Positions 45,979 through 55,785 of a stretch of DNA of 64,000 nucleotides are shown here, piece by piece; within the stretch, counting starts at the first letter, position 1, and every line of letters begins with the position of its first letter. Source of the DNA: Victivallales bacterium (GTDB taxonomy: Bacteria; Verrucomicrobiota; Lentisphaeria; Victivallales; UBA1829); the NCBI GenBank assembly GCA_045592785.1, contig JAZNVL010000031.1:1147-65146 (forward strand), written 5' to 3'. A program made the position numbers and the translations under genes. Below the pieces are notes generated by a model. It was not told where the DNA came from. It ran no database searches and saw only the letters and a program-made list of their open reading frames with translations.

Positions 45979-47232
45979 TCATTCCCATTCAATGGTTCCG
46001 GGCGGTTTCGGCGTAACGTCGTAAACCACGCGGTTGACACCCTGCACTTCGTTGATGATCCGTTCCGTCATCTTTTCGATGAGTTCCCAGGGGAGTCTGA
46101 CCACCTGAGCGGTGACAGCATCCACAGAGTTGATGGAGCGGATGGCGATGACATGTTCGTAAGTACGTTTTCCGTTTTTCATGCCCACGGATTTCACGGG
46201 CAGGAAGATGGCGAAGGTCTGCCAGGTCTTGGCATACCAGCCGGAGGAAAGCAGTTCTTCCGTGACGATGGCATCGGCTTCCCGCAGGATCGCCAGGGTC
46301 GAACGGTCGATGGCACCGAGATGGCGTACGCCCAGGGAGGGACCGGGGAAGGGATGACGGTCCAGCAGTTCGGAGGGCAGGCCCATGAGTTTACCGACCT
46401 TACGGACTTCATCTTTGAAGAGACGTTCCACGGGTTCCACCAGTTTGAACTTCATATCTTTGGGGAGACCGCCCACGTTGTGATGACTTTTGATAACGCC
46501 TTCGGGGTTTCCGTCAAAGGAGATACTTTCCAGAATATCGGGATAGATCGTGCCCTGTCCGAGGAAGGGTGCATCGATTTCGGCGGCGGCTTCTGCGAAA
46601 ACGTCGATGAATTCCTTACCGATGATCTTGCGTTTGGTTTCGGGATCGCTGACCCCGGCGAGTTTATCCAGGAACCGGTCAGAAGCATCCACATATTTGA
46701 GGTTCATATTGAAGTTCCGGGCGAAGATTTTCTGTACCATTTCCGGTTCATTCTTGCGGAGAAGTCCGTGGTTCACGAATACGCAGGTCAGCTGTTTGCC
46801 CACTGCCTTGTTGATGAGAGCAGCCACAACGGAGGAGTCCACGCCCCCGGAAAGGCCGAGAACGACTTTCTGATCGCCCACCTGTGCCCGGATATCCGCC
46901 ACGGCTTCATCAATGAAGTTTTCCAGATTCCAGGAACCTTTGCAGCCGCATTTTTCCCGGCAGAATGCGGCGACAGCTTCGTTGTCACCGGCGTATTGAA
47001 AAACGGGCAGCCCCAGAGCGGAGAAACGGCTTTCGGCTTCCGGCTGGGGAGCGGCATCGTCATCTTTGCAGATCACCAGACCCACGGGCTGTTCCTGCAG
47101 AAGGCGTTCGGTCGGTGTGGAATAAGGCATGACCATGGTGTAAATGCCCTGGTCGCGGACGGCGCGTGCGATTTTCTGGATGGATGTACAGCCGAAATTC
47201 AGCAGTACAACGGTTTCTGGCGTGACTTTCAT
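45979..47232 (-). CDS. guaA: GMP synthase: intact ATP-pyrophosphatase and dimerisation domains, with a truncated, Cys-less N-terminal amidotransferase remnant
   Basis: LGLSGGVDSSV P-loop, KSHHNVGGLP, and C-terminal KPPGTIEWE. Only about 100 aa precede the ATP-PPase domain. 417 aa in total. Confidence 0.85.
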   Translation of the reverse strand: MKVTPETVVLLNFGCTSIQKIARAVRDQGIYTMVMPYSTPTERLLQEQPVGLVICKDDDAAPQPEAESRFSALGLPVFQYAGDNEAVAAFCREKCGCKGSWNLENFIDEAVADIRAQVGDQKVVLGLSGGVDSSVVAALINKAVGKQLTCVFVNHGLLRKNEPEMVQKIFARNFNMNLKYVDASDRFLDKLAGVSDPETKRKIIGKEFIDVFAEAAAEIDAPFLGQGTIYPDILESISFDGNPEGVIKSHHNVGGLPKDMKFKLVEPVERLFKDEVRKVGKLMGLPSELLDRHPFPGPSLGVRHLGAIDRSTLAILREADAIVTEELLSSGWYAKTWQTFAIFLPVKSVGMKNGKRTYEHVIAIRSINSVDAVTAQVVRLPWELIEKMTERIINEVQGVNRVVYDVTPKPPGTIEWE

Positions 47233-47256
47233 ATCGTAATAACTCCTTTCCGGTTT

Positions 47257-47607
47257 TCAATATGGCAGTATGACTGCAAGCAATACAAGCGGCGTTTCGC
47301 CGTAACAGGCAACGGAATGACTTTCGCCGTGACGGGTCACGATGGAATCCCCTGTTTCCAGGATGGCTTTTTCCCCGTTATCGGTGACTTCCGCACGTCC
47401 TTCCAGCACAAGAAACACTTCTTCTTCGTTTTCATGAACGTGGGTTCCGATGGAGACGCCCGGTTCCAGGATCAGACGGGAAAACAGACGTGTTTTTGAA
47501 TTCAGTTCCGTTCCGCAGTCCCAGACGCGTTCAAACCGAACCGTACCTGTACCGCCCCGCATTTCTGTCCGTTCCTCTTTCCGGAACTCATTTTTCCGCT
47601 TAATCAT
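47257..47607 (-). CDS. Cupin-domain protein
   Basis: GVSIGTHVHENEEEVFLVLEGRAEV...GDSIVTRHGESHS are the two-motif cupin signatures. I prefer the internal ATG 47607 over the long ORF start at 47739. Confidence 0.65.
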   Translation of the reverse strand: MIKRKNEFRKEERTEMRGGTGTVRFERVWDCGTELNSKTRLFSRLILEPGVSIGTHVHENEEEVFLVLEGRAEVTDNGEKAILETGDSIVTRHGESHSVACYGETPLVLLAVILPY

Positions 47608-47812
47608 GCGTGCTGTCTCCTTGCAGTGTGTCACAGTGATCTGTGTTTCTTTTAAAATACCACAAAAACGCAAAAAAGTCAAATCACTTTTTTCTTTCCA
47701 TTTCACTTTTTTTAAAATTTTTTCGAACGGTTTTTTCAAGCGTTTTCCCCGTTTGACTTTTCCCGTTCTGCAAGTATATTACATGGCAGTATTAACATCA
47801 GGAGCAACTCAC

Positions 47813-48274
47813 ATGATCCGTATCCTTTTTGTATGCCACGGGAATATCTGCCGGAGTCCCATGGCGGAATTTGTCATGAAAGATCTGGCAGAAAAAGCAT
47901 CTGTCAGTCACCTGCTGCACATCGAATCCGCGGCGACCAGTTCCGAAGAACTGGGTAACAGCGTTTACCCGCCCGCCAGACGTATGATGGCGCAGCACGG
48001 GATCTCCTGCGACGGCAAACGGGCCCGTCAGATCCGTGCCGCCGAATATGACGACTGGGATCTCATTATCGGTATGGATCAGAGAAACCTGCGTAATATG
48101 CTCCGGATCTTCCGTGATGATCCGGAACAGAAAATACATCTCCTGCTGGATTATGCAGACCGTTCCGGCGAAGAAGTGGCAGATCCCTGGTATACCGGGG
48201 ATTTCCAGGCAACGTGGGATGATGTTCAGGCGGGTTGTCAGGGATTACTGAAAGAACTCAATCTGCTTCCATGA
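47813..48274 (+). CDS. Low-molecular-weight protein-tyrosine phosphatase
   Basis: MIRILFVCHGNICRSPMAE contains the C-x5-R-S active-site loop. D-P motif ADPWY near the C-terminus. AGGAG RBS at about 47799. Confidence 0.85.
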   Translation: MIRILFVCHGNICRSPMAEFVMKDLAEKASVSHLLHIESAATSSEELGNSVYPPARRMMAQHGISCDGKRARQIRAAEYDDWDLIIGMDQRNLRNMLRIFRDDPEQKIHLLLDYADRSGEEVADPWYTGDFQATWDDVQAGCQGLLKELNLLP

Positions 48275-48641
48275 CCACGAATGCGACGGCATACTCTTTT
48301 TCGTGACTGATGGAGACATGGATCCGGGAGATGCCCCGGTTCTTCACGGTGATGGCTGCCTGTCCGTAGAGATTCGCAATGACGGGACGGCAATTTTCAT
48401 CGGGGAGGATCTCGATATCGGCGAAAGAGCAGTCCTTGCCGATCCCGGTTCCCAACGCTTTGGCAAACGCTTCTTTTGCCGCCCATCTTCCGGCGATGAA
48501 CTCACCTTTTCCGTTACGGGCTTCCAGTATCTTTACTTCCTCCGGTGTCAGAAGATTTTCGATGAAATGCAAGCCATGCTTCGCGTACACTTTTTCCACT
48601 CTGGCGATTTCTGCAATGTCGGTCCCGATTCCATAGATCAT
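48258..48641 (-). CDS. acpS: Holo-[acyl-carrier-protein] synthase
   Basis: MIYGIGTDIAEIARV..., WAAKEAFAKALGTG, and HVSISHEKEYAVAFVV are typical of AcpS. Confidence 0.85.
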   Translation of the reverse strand: MIYGIGTDIAEIARVEKVYAKHGLHFIENLLTPEEVKILEARNGKGEFIAGRWAAKEAFAKALGTGIGKDCSFADIEILPDENCRPVIANLYGQAAITVKNRGISRIHVSISHEKEYAVAFVVMEAD

Positions 48642-49396
48642 GGCTGATATTCTCCTGCGGGTTCTGCACATGCCGGTGAGTGCGGGATGGGATCTAAAAT
48701 TCTGGCGCGTACCGGCATACCTTCCTGTTCGCGCCGCAGACTGTATACATCAAACCGGGAAACCACAATATGATCCAGCAGAAAAATATGGAATGTCCGG
48801 AGCATATCGCGGATTTGACGGGTGACCAGAATATCATCTTCTGACGGTGTGGAAAGGCCGCCCGGATGATTATGACAGAGAACGATGCTTTTTGCATTAT
48901 GCAGCAATGCTTTCCGGGCGATTTCTGCAGGGTAGACATTCACCTGATCGGTTGTCCCCTCACTCATGATCTCATAATCAATGAGGATGTTCTGCGTGTT
49001 GAGAAAGAGTACCATCATGACTTCAGAGCCCAATCCGCCGATCTGGATCCGGGCAAAATCCGCGATCTTGCCCGCGCTGTTCATGATATCTTCATTCCGC
49101 ACTTCCTGTTCCAGATAACGGGCGGCAAGATCTTTCATCAGTTTCAGCAGAACGGCTGTATTCTTTGTGACCCCTTTGAACGAAACCAGTTCCTCCATGG
49201 GCGCATCCACCAGCCGGCCGAAAGACCCGAATCGCTGGATCAGACTTTTTGCCAGCGGGCGGACATCCCGGCGCGGCAATGCGTAGGTGAGTGCTAACTC
49301 CAGCAGTTCATAATCATGAAACGCTTTCGCTCCCGCTTTGAGATATTTCTCCCGAATCCTTGTACGGTGTCCAGACTTTTCCAGTTCGGGCATCAC
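48638..49396 (-). CDS. radC: RadC-family JAB/MPN-domain protein
   Basis: HRTRIREKYLKAG...HDYELLELAL N-terminus and the HNHPGG JAMM motif. Confidence 0.85.
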   Translation of the reverse strand: MMPELEKSGHRTRIREKYLKAGAKAFHDYELLELALTYALPRRDVRPLAKSLIQRFGSFGRLVDAPMEELVSFKGVTKNTAVLLKLMKDLAARYLEQEVRNEDIMNSAGKIADFARIQIGGLGSEVMMVLFLNTQNILIDYEIMSEGTTDQVNVYPAEIARKALLHNAKSIVLCHNHPGGLSTPSEDDILVTRQIRDMLRTFHIFLLDHIVVSRFDVYSLRREQEGMPVRARILDPIPHSPACAEPAGEYQP

Positions 49397-50565
49397 AATT
49401 TCTCCAACAGGGTCAGCGATTCAAAGTGAGCGGTACAGGGAAACATGTCAAGCAACGCACTTTCTGCAACTTTGTACCGGGCGGAGAGCAACTGCAGATC
49501 CCGGCGGAGTTTATCCGGCGCACAGGAGATATAAAGGATCCGTTTCGGGCCCAATTTCAGTATCCGTTCAATGACTTCCTTTGACATCCCGGTACGGGGC
49601 GGATCCGTCAGCAGAACTATCTTTTCCGGATTCATGTTGCGGTCCGTTTTGAATTGTGCCGCATCACCGCAAGTGAATTTGCAGCGGGCTGACGTCTTGT
49701 GATCCGCCGCATTCTTCTGTGCCGCTTTGATGGCGCCGGGATCCAGTTCCACTCCGGTCGTACGCAAGGCAGTGAGCTGTTCCGCCGCCAGGATCGAGAA
49801 TATGCCGGACCCGCAATAGAGTTCTACAAGGTGTTCCGGTTCAAACGCTTTCAGAAAAGATAAAACCCGGTTCGCCAATTCTTCCGCGACTGGCATATTC
49901 ACCTGGAAAAATGAGTTCACCGGCACATGAAAACGTCCATGCTGCCCGATCTGTTCTGTCAGATGTTCCACATCCGGCGGAAATAATTCCGGATGTTCCA
50001 GCACAAATACACCATCCGTCAGGGTCCAGCGGTATGTCACCCGGTCAGCTGCCGGTGACGGCAGAAACGTTGTCATCCGGTCCGTGATCGCTTTCCGGGC
50101 GAGGGGACAGGTGGTGACGGGGACGAGTGTGGAATTATCGGCGGCACGGTAACCCGCCACACCGTTTTCACAGGAGAGACTGATCTTGTTCCGGTATCCG
50201 GTGCGTTTCGGGGAGGGAAACGGGGGGTGGATCACCGGAACAGCAAACTGCCGGAGAAAGAACTCCAACTGTTTCTGTTTCGTTTCCAGTTCCGTTTCGT
50301 AACTTACTTCACCGTAAACACAACCGGGGCAAGGGACCGGGTCGTTCCGGTGTGGACAGAAGGAGTCGATGCGTTTTCCGGACTTCTCCACGAAGGCGGT
50401 CACTCTGCCCCGGGCGAAGTTTTTCTTGTCTTGCACGATTTCGACGGAAACCGTATCGCCCGGCACAGTCCCGGGGAGGAAACAGATCTTTCCATCCGGC
50501 ATGACAGCGGTCCCATCGCCGCCGAACGCGAAATCATTGACTTTCAGAACAACACGTTTCATCAC
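49393..50565 (-). CDS. TRAM-domain class I SAM-dependent RNA (uracil-5) methyltransferase, RlmD/RumA-like
   Basis: N-terminal TRAM-like GDGTAVMPDGKICFLPGTVPGDTVSVEI. SAM motif ELYCGSGIFS. C-terminal YISCAPDKLRRDL. Confidence 0.75.
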   Translation of the reverse strand: MMKRVVLKVNDFAFGGDGTAVMPDGKICFLPGTVPGDTVSVEIVQDKKNFARGRVTAFVEKSGKRIDSFCPHRNDPVPCPGCVYGEVSYETELETKQKQLEFFLRQFAVPVIHPPFPSPKRTGYRNKISLSCENGVAGYRAADNSTLVPVTTCPLARKAITDRMTTFLPSPAADRVTYRWTLTDGVFVLEHPELFPPDVEHLTEQIGQHGRFHVPVNSFFQVNMPVAEELANRVLSFLKAFEPEHLVELYCGSGIFSILAAEQLTALRTTGVELDPGAIKAAQKNAADHKTSARCKFTCGDAAQFKTDRNMNPEKIVLLTDPPRTGMSKEVIERILKLGPKRILYISCAPDKLRRDLQLLSARYKVAESALLDMFPCTAHFESLTLLEKL

Positions 50566-50765
50566 TTCTCTCTTGTGTTTGAATATTAGAAAATCCCGAA
50601 AAGGCTCTATAAATTAACACGGGAAACCCGATTCGTCAAACAAAGTACCGAAAAAAACGCAAAAAAAGTCCATGAAATGCGTTCCCGCAGTTGAAAAAAA
50701 CAGTTCCTGTGGTAAAGTATAGCTTGTATCTATATATTATCATAAAAGCGAACAGGAATGGCAAT

Positions 50766-52136
50766 ATGAAAAAACAGATCCTTTGTATCGGGGCAGGATA
50801 TGTCGGCGGGCCCACAATGGCTGTCATTGCGGATAAATGTCCGGATTGTGTCGTTACCGTGGTGGATATCAACGAAAAACGGATTGCCGCCTGGAATTCG
50901 GATCAGTTGCCCATTTACGAACCCGGACTGGATGAGATCGTGTTCCGCTGCCGGGGAAAAAACCTGTTCTATTCCACGGATATCCCCAACGGGATCCGCA
51001 ATGCTGATATTATCTTCGTCAGCGTGAATACGCCCACAAAAACCTTCGGGGAAGGCGCAGGCCAGGCTGCCAATCTGGAATTCCTGGAAAAGACCGCACG
51101 CAGTATTCTGGAACATGCGCAGTCCGATAAGATCGTTGTGGAAAAAAGTACCCTCCCGGTCCGTACGGCACAGGCGTTGAGCCGGATCCTTCATTCCAAC
51201 AACAAAGGGATCAAATTCCAGGTCATTTCCAACCCGGAATTCCTGGCGGAAGGGACTGCGATCAACGATTTGAACGATCCTGACCGTGTGTTGATCGGGG
51301 GATTGGAAACCGAAGAAGGACGCCGTGCGGTGGAAGAGATCGTTTCCATTTATGCCAACTGGGTCCCCCGGGAACGGATCATCACCACCAATCTCTGGTC
51401 CAGTGAATTATCCAAGCTGGTCGCCAATGCCCTGCTTGCCCAGCGGATCTCCTCCATCAACAGTATTTCCGCACTCTGCGAAAAAACAGAAGCCAATGTC
51501 AATGAAGTTTCCGCCGCTGCCGGCAGAGATTCCCGGATCGGTGCAAAATTCCTCCGTGCAAGTATCGGTTTCGGCGGGTCATGCTTCAAAAAAGATATTT
51601 TGAACCTGGTCTATCTCTGTCGTCATTACAACCTGCCCGAGGTCGCTGATTACTGGGAACAGGTCATCAAGCTCAATGAATACCAGACAACACGGTTCGT
51701 CCGGAATATGGTCAATGTCATGTTCAACTCCGTTGCCGGGAAAAAGATCGCGGTTCTGGGCTTTGCGTTCAAGGCGGATACCGGCGATACACGGGAATCT
51801 CCCGCTTGTACGGTGTGCAGACAGCTCCTGGCGGAACATGCCCATATTGCCATTTATGACCCGAAAGCAATGGAAAATGCCCGGCTCGATCTTGCAAATG
51901 AATCCGGGCAGATCGACTATTGTACTTCTCCGGAAGAAGCAGTGAAAGATGCCCATGCCATCGTCATTGCCACGGAATGGAAGGAATTCAGTTCGTACGA
52001 TTATGGAAAATTCTATGAGATCATGCAGAAACCCGCGTTCATCTTTGACGGACGCAATATCCTTGCGCACCGTGAACTCTTTGAACTCGGGTTCAATGTG
52101 TTCCCCGTCGGACAGAAGGCTTTGACTCATTTCTAA
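50766..52136 (+). CDS. ugd: UDP-glucose 6-dehydrogenase, eukaryote-like (UGDH-II) type
   Basis: [43 protein letters not shown] (catalytic Cys), [14 protein letters not shown]. The ATG at 50766 was chosen inside the longer ORF. Confidence 0.9.
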   Translation: MKKQILCIGAGYVGGPTMAVIADKCPDCVVTVVDINEKRIAAWNSDQLPIYEPGLDEIVFRCRGKNLFYSTDIPNGIRNADIIFVSVNTPTKTFGEGAGQAANLEFLEKTARSILEHAQSDKIVVEKSTLPVRTAQALSRILHSNNKGIKFQVISNPEFLAEGTAINDLNDPDRVLIGGLETEEGRRAVEEIVSIYANWVPRERIITTNLWSSELSKLVANALLAQRISSINSISALCEKTEANVNEVSAAAGRDSRIGAKFLRASIGFGGSCFKKDILNLVYLCRHYNLPEVADYWEQVIKLNEYQTTRFVRNMVNVMFNSVAGKKIAVLGFAFKADTGDTRESPACTVCRQLLAEHAHIAIYDPKAMENARLDLANESGQIDYCTSPEEAVKDAHAIVIATEWKEFSSYDYGKFYEIMQKPAFIFDGRNILAHRELFELGFNVFPVGQKALTHF

Positions 52137-52157
52137 CATAAGGTTTGATCGCATATT

Positions 52158-52949
52158 ATGGCAACAAAACGTTTTTTGATGATCGGTGCCCATCCCGATG
52201 ACCCGGATGTCCATTTCGGTGCCGCGGCGATCCTGTTGACCCGCGCCGGACATCAGGTCAAGTTCGTTTCCGTCACCAATGGTGAAGCCGGACATCAGCA
52301 GATGGACCCGGCTGCGTTGGCAGCCCGTCGTTACGGTGAAACACAGGCAGCTGCAAAGTTCGCCGGTGTCTGTGAATATCAGGTCCTTTCCAATCGGGAT
52401 GCCAGACTGGAAAATACCCTTGCCAACCGGGAAGCGTTGACCCGCATCATCCGCGAATTCCAGCCCGATGTGGTCCTCACGCACCGCCTTTGTGATTATC
52501 ATCCCGACCACCGGACCACCGCGCAACTGGTCATGGATACCTCGTTCCTGGTCCGTGTGCCTCTGTTCTGCCCGGGTACCCCGGTTCCCCCGCAGAACCC
52601 GGTGTACGCTTATGTTTACGACCGGTTCACTGATCCCCGCAGGATCCGCCCGGATGCCTATATGGCAGTGGATGGCATCATGGATGAAGCCATGCAACTG
52701 CTTGCGTTCCACGAATCGCAATTCTTCGAATGGCTCCCCTGGGTCGGCGGGTTCGCGCCGCCGGTGGACTACAAAAATATGCCCTGGGAGGAAAAGAAGG
52801 CATTTCTTCTGGAACACTGGGGACACTTTTACACGGATGCGGCGCGTCTGTTGGGGCTTCCGGACGTGAAGTATGCGGAAGTGTTTGAGCAATCCGAATA
52901 TGGGAAGTGTGTAACGCCGGAAGAATTCAAGGCGTTATTTCAAGTATAA
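52158..52949 (+). CDS. PIG-L/LmbE-family N-acetylglucosaminyl deacetylase
   Basis: LMIGAHPDDPD...TNGEAGH and a later HPDH motif are typical of the PIG-L family. Confidence 0.75.
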   Translation: MATKRFLMIGAHPDDPDVHFGAAAILLTRAGHQVKFVSVTNGEAGHQQMDPAALAARRYGETQAAAKFAGVCEYQVLSNRDARLENTLANREALTRIIREFQPDVVLTHRLCDYHPDHRTTAQLVMDTSFLVRVPLFCPGTPVPPQNPVYAYVYDRFTDPRRIRPDAYMAVDGIMDEAMQLLAFHESQFFEWLPWVGGFAPPVDYKNMPWEEKKAFLLEHWGHFYTDAARLLGLPDVKYAEVFEQSEYGKCVTPEEFKALFQV

Positions 52950-52986
52950 CATCCACAAACAATCTTATAAGAGAAGGAAAAGAAAC

Positions 52987-54009
52987 ATGTCAGAATCCGT
53001 TCTTGACCAAATCCGTGCGAAAGCAAAATCTCTGGGTCGTAAAGTCTGCTTGACCGAAAGCGATGACCCGCGCAACCTGCGTGCCGCTGCCAAACTGGTG
53101 GAACTCGGCTACGCGAAACCTGTCCTGGTCGGCGACGAAGATGCCATTCAGAAACTGGCAGCCGAAAACGGGATCGACCTCGCCGGCGTGGAAATCGTTG
53201 ACGTTCTCAAGACCCCGAACCTGCAGAAATACATCGACAAGGCTGTGGAAATCCGCAAGAGCAAAGGCCTTACCGAAGAACAGGCTCGCGAAATGCTCAA
53301 AGATACATGCGTGTTCTCCGCTGTCATGGTCTGTGCCGGCGATGCTCATGGTTATGTCTCCGGCGGCGGTAATCCCAAAGGTTACAACCACAATACCGCC
53401 CAGAAGACCAAACCCGCTCTCCAGTTCTTCAAGACAGCTCCCGGCAACAAGATCGCTTCTGCTTTCTTCATCATGCAGCTCCCCGATAAAAAATGGGGCC
53501 ATGAAGGCGTATTCTTCTATGCTGACTGCGGTCTCAACATCAACCCCAACGCCGACCAGCTCGCGGAAATCGCCGTCACTACTGCCAAGACTTTCCGTCA
53601 GTATACCGGCGCAGAACCCAAAGTGGCTATGATCTCCTGCTCCACAAAGGGTTCCGCTCACGATCCCATCATTGATAAAGTCGTGGAAGCCACCGCAAAA
53701 GCAAAAGAACTGGATCCCTCCCTCATCATCGATGGTGAAATGCAGTTCGATGCCGCTGTCATTCCCGAAATCGGCGAAAAGAAAGCCGCAGGCTCTCCCG
53801 TTGCCGGTCATGCCAACGTCCTCGTATTCCCCGACCTCAACTGCGGGAATACCATGTACAAGGCGACCGAACGTCTCGCCGGCGCGACTGCGATCGGCCC
53901 GCTGATCCAGGGCCTCCGCCGTCCCTTCACGGACGTCTCCCGCGGCTGCTCTGTCGACGATATCGTTGACTGTGCCGCTGTTGCCGCCATCACGGAATGG
54001 TGCGACTGA
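52987..54009 (+). CDS. pta: Phosphate acetyltransferase
   Basis: 340 aa. Pattern ESDDPR...A...LVG, CSTKGSA, and a C-terminal SRG.SV.DIV pattern are typical of Pta. Confidence 0.85.
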   Translation: MSESVLDQIRAKAKSLGRKVCLTESDDPRNLRAAAKLVELGYAKPVLVGDEDAIQKLAAENGIDLAGVEIVDVLKTPNLQKYIDKAVEIRKSKGLTEEQAREMLKDTCVFSAVMVCAGDAHGYVSGGGNPKGYNHNTAQKTKPALQFFKTAPGNKIASAFFIMQLPDKKWGHEGVFFYADCGLNINPNADQLAEIAVTTAKTFRQYTGAEPKVAMISCSTKGSAHDPIIDKVVEATAKAKELDPSLIIDGEMQFDAAVIPEIGEKKAAGSPVAGHANVLVFPDLNCGNTMYKATERLAGATAIGPLIQGLRRPFTDVSRGCSVDDIVDCAAVAAITEWCD

Positions 54010-54028
54010 TTGAATTGACGATCCTCAT

Positions 54029-54057
54029 CCCGGCGGGGGCAAACCCGCCGGGTTTTT
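54029..54057 (+). terminator. Rho-independent terminator after pta
   Basis: CCCGGCGGG (54029-54037), 6-nt loop, CCCGCCGGG (54044-54052), then TTTTT. Confidence 0.8.
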
Positions 54058-54076
54058 CTATTCTCCCGGAGAAATT

Positions 54077-54766
54077 ATGACAGAAACGATTGCCGCCCAC
54101 ATTGAAACATTCGCAAAATATGCGGAAACTGCGCCCCTTATGATCCTGTTTTTCATCGTCCTTTTCATGGCGATCGAGAGTTCCTTTATCCCGTTCCCCA
54201 GTGAAGTCGTGATGATACCCGCAGGTTTTCTGGTGTACCGTTATTCGTTTGTCACAGGCAATCATTGGTGCGATCTTGCCATCTGTGTCATTGCCGGGCT
54301 TGCCGGTTCCATGATCGGCGCGTATATCAATTATTACCTTTCCTCATGGATCGGACGCCCTTTTCTTCACAAATACGGGAAATATTTCTTCCTGAAGGAG
54401 CAGGCTCTTGATCGTGCCGAAGAGATCTTCCGGGAATACGGCGACCTTGCCACTTTTGTATGCCGTCTTCTGCCTGCCATCCGGCAGCTGATCTCCATCC
54501 CCGCCGGACTTTCCCGCATGAACATCTGGCGTTTTACGCTGTTCACCGGGCTGGGCGCAGGGATTTGGAGTGCCATTCTTGCCGGGATCGGTTATTATTT
54601 CGGTCACATGACCGGAGACATGACGTATCTGGAAATGGTCGGGAAGGGCAAACAGCTGATCCACGATCATTTCATCTGGATCCTGTTGGGACTTGCCGTC
54701 TTTACGGCTGCTTATCTTTACATCCACAAAAAAGTCATGCACGGTAAGAAAGCGAAAGCCGAATAA
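54077..54766 (+). CDS. DedA-family membrane protein
   Basis: 229 aa. ESSFIPFPSEVVMIPAG and a later PAGLSRM re-entrant-loop motif. Confidence 0.8.
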   Translation: MTETIAAHIETFAKYAETAPLMILFFIVLFMAIESSFIPFPSEVVMIPAGFLVYRYSFVTGNHWCDLAICVIAGLAGSMIGAYINYYLSSWIGRPFLHKYGKYFFLKEQALDRAEEIFREYGDLATFVCRLLPAIRQLISIPAGLSRMNIWRFTLFTGLGAGIWSAILAGIGYYFGHMTGDMTYLEMVGKGKQLIHDHFIWILLGLAVFTAAYLYIHKKVMHGKKAKAE

Positions 54767-54795
54767 AAAACCCGGAGGCTGTTTCCAGCCGCCGG
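54764..54795 (-). terminator. Rho-independent terminator ending the minus-strand gyrA...ABC operon (stem shared with the dedA 3' end)
   Basis: 11-bp stem CCCGGAGGCTG/CAGCCGCCGGG with one mismatch and loop TTTC. On the minus strand it is followed by TTTTTT. Confidence 0.7.
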
Positions 54796-54820
54796 GCAGT
54801 GTCCTTTATAAAATCCCTGA

Positions 54821-55783
54821 TCAATAAGCGGAATCGGGATAATAGAAGTCTTTTGCGTTTGCCGCGTTCACCACTTCCGCAGGAACGATCTTCACTTTCT
54901 CCGCAAATGTTTCACCCTTCAATGCCTTCACGGCTTCCTGCGCCGCAACATAGATCATTTTCGGCGGGTAGGTCACGGTCATGCGGACCAGCGGATCACC
55001 GTCAAGCACCTTTTTCACAATGACTTTGCTTCCGCCGCCGCCCAGGAAGAGTTTCACATCTTTTCTGCCGGATTCCTGATATGCTTTCAGGGCACCGATC
55101 AACACATCATCGTCACCCGCCCAGACAGCATCCAGTTCTTTGTGTTTCTGCAGGAAGTTTTCCATGAGAGCCAGGCCGCGTTCGGTCTGCCAGTTGGAGG
55201 TCCCGGATTCCAGGATCTCGATCTCCGGATATTTCTTCATGACTTCGCGGAACGCATTGACACGGTCGGTATTCACCTGGCAGGGCACGCCTTCCATGAT
55301 GACGATCTTGCCTTTGCCGTTGAGTTCTTTCGCAATGACTTCGCCACATTCTCTGCCGAATCCGGTGTTGTCCCCGGCAATGTGAAGGTCCTGCACATCC
55401 TTTTCCAGATTCCGGTCCACAACCACAAGACGGATCCCTTTGCCGGCGACTTTGGCGCAGACATTGGTCAGCGGTGCCGGTTCATTGGGGAGGACCACCA
55501 GCACTTTCATGCCGCGGATCATCAGGTTTTCGATCTTATCCACCTGTTCCCCGGATGTCTGCGATGCTGCGATCTGCACTTCGATATCCGGATTGGCTTT
55601 TTCGATGTCCTTCTTCGCCTGTTCCGCCCAGTACACCACACCCCCGGTCCAGCCGTGGTCGGCAGCCGGAATGGAAATACCGATAATCTGTTTTTTTGCA
55701 CTTTGTGCATCTTGTTTACCGCACGCGGGAAGCAATGCGGCAGTGAGCATAAGCCCTGCTGCAATCAAAAGATTACGTTTCAT
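54821..55783 (-). CDS. Sugar ABC transporter substrate-binding lipoprotein (CUT2/RbsB-like)
   Basis: MKRNLLIAAGLMLTAALLPAC lipobox. Periplasmic-binding-protein type I pattern (IIGISIPAADHGW...). ATG 55783 was chosen inside the longer ORF. Confidence 0.75.
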   Translation of the reverse strand: MKRNLLIAAGLMLTAALLPACGKQDAQSAKKQIIGISIPAADHGWTGGVVYWAEQAKKDIEKANPDIEVQIAASQTSGEQVDKIENLMIRGMKVLVVLPNEPAPLTNVCAKVAGKGIRLVVVDRNLEKDVQDLHIAGDNTGFGRECGEVIAKELNGKGKIVIMEGVPCQVNTDRVNAFREVMKKYPEIEILESGTSNWQTERGLALMENFLQKHKELDAVWAGDDDVLIGALKAYQESGRKDVKLFLGGGGSKVIVKKVLDGDPLVRMTVTYPPKMIYVAAQEAVKALKGETFAEKVKIVPAEVVNAANAKDFYYPDSAY

Positions 55784-55785
55784 TG

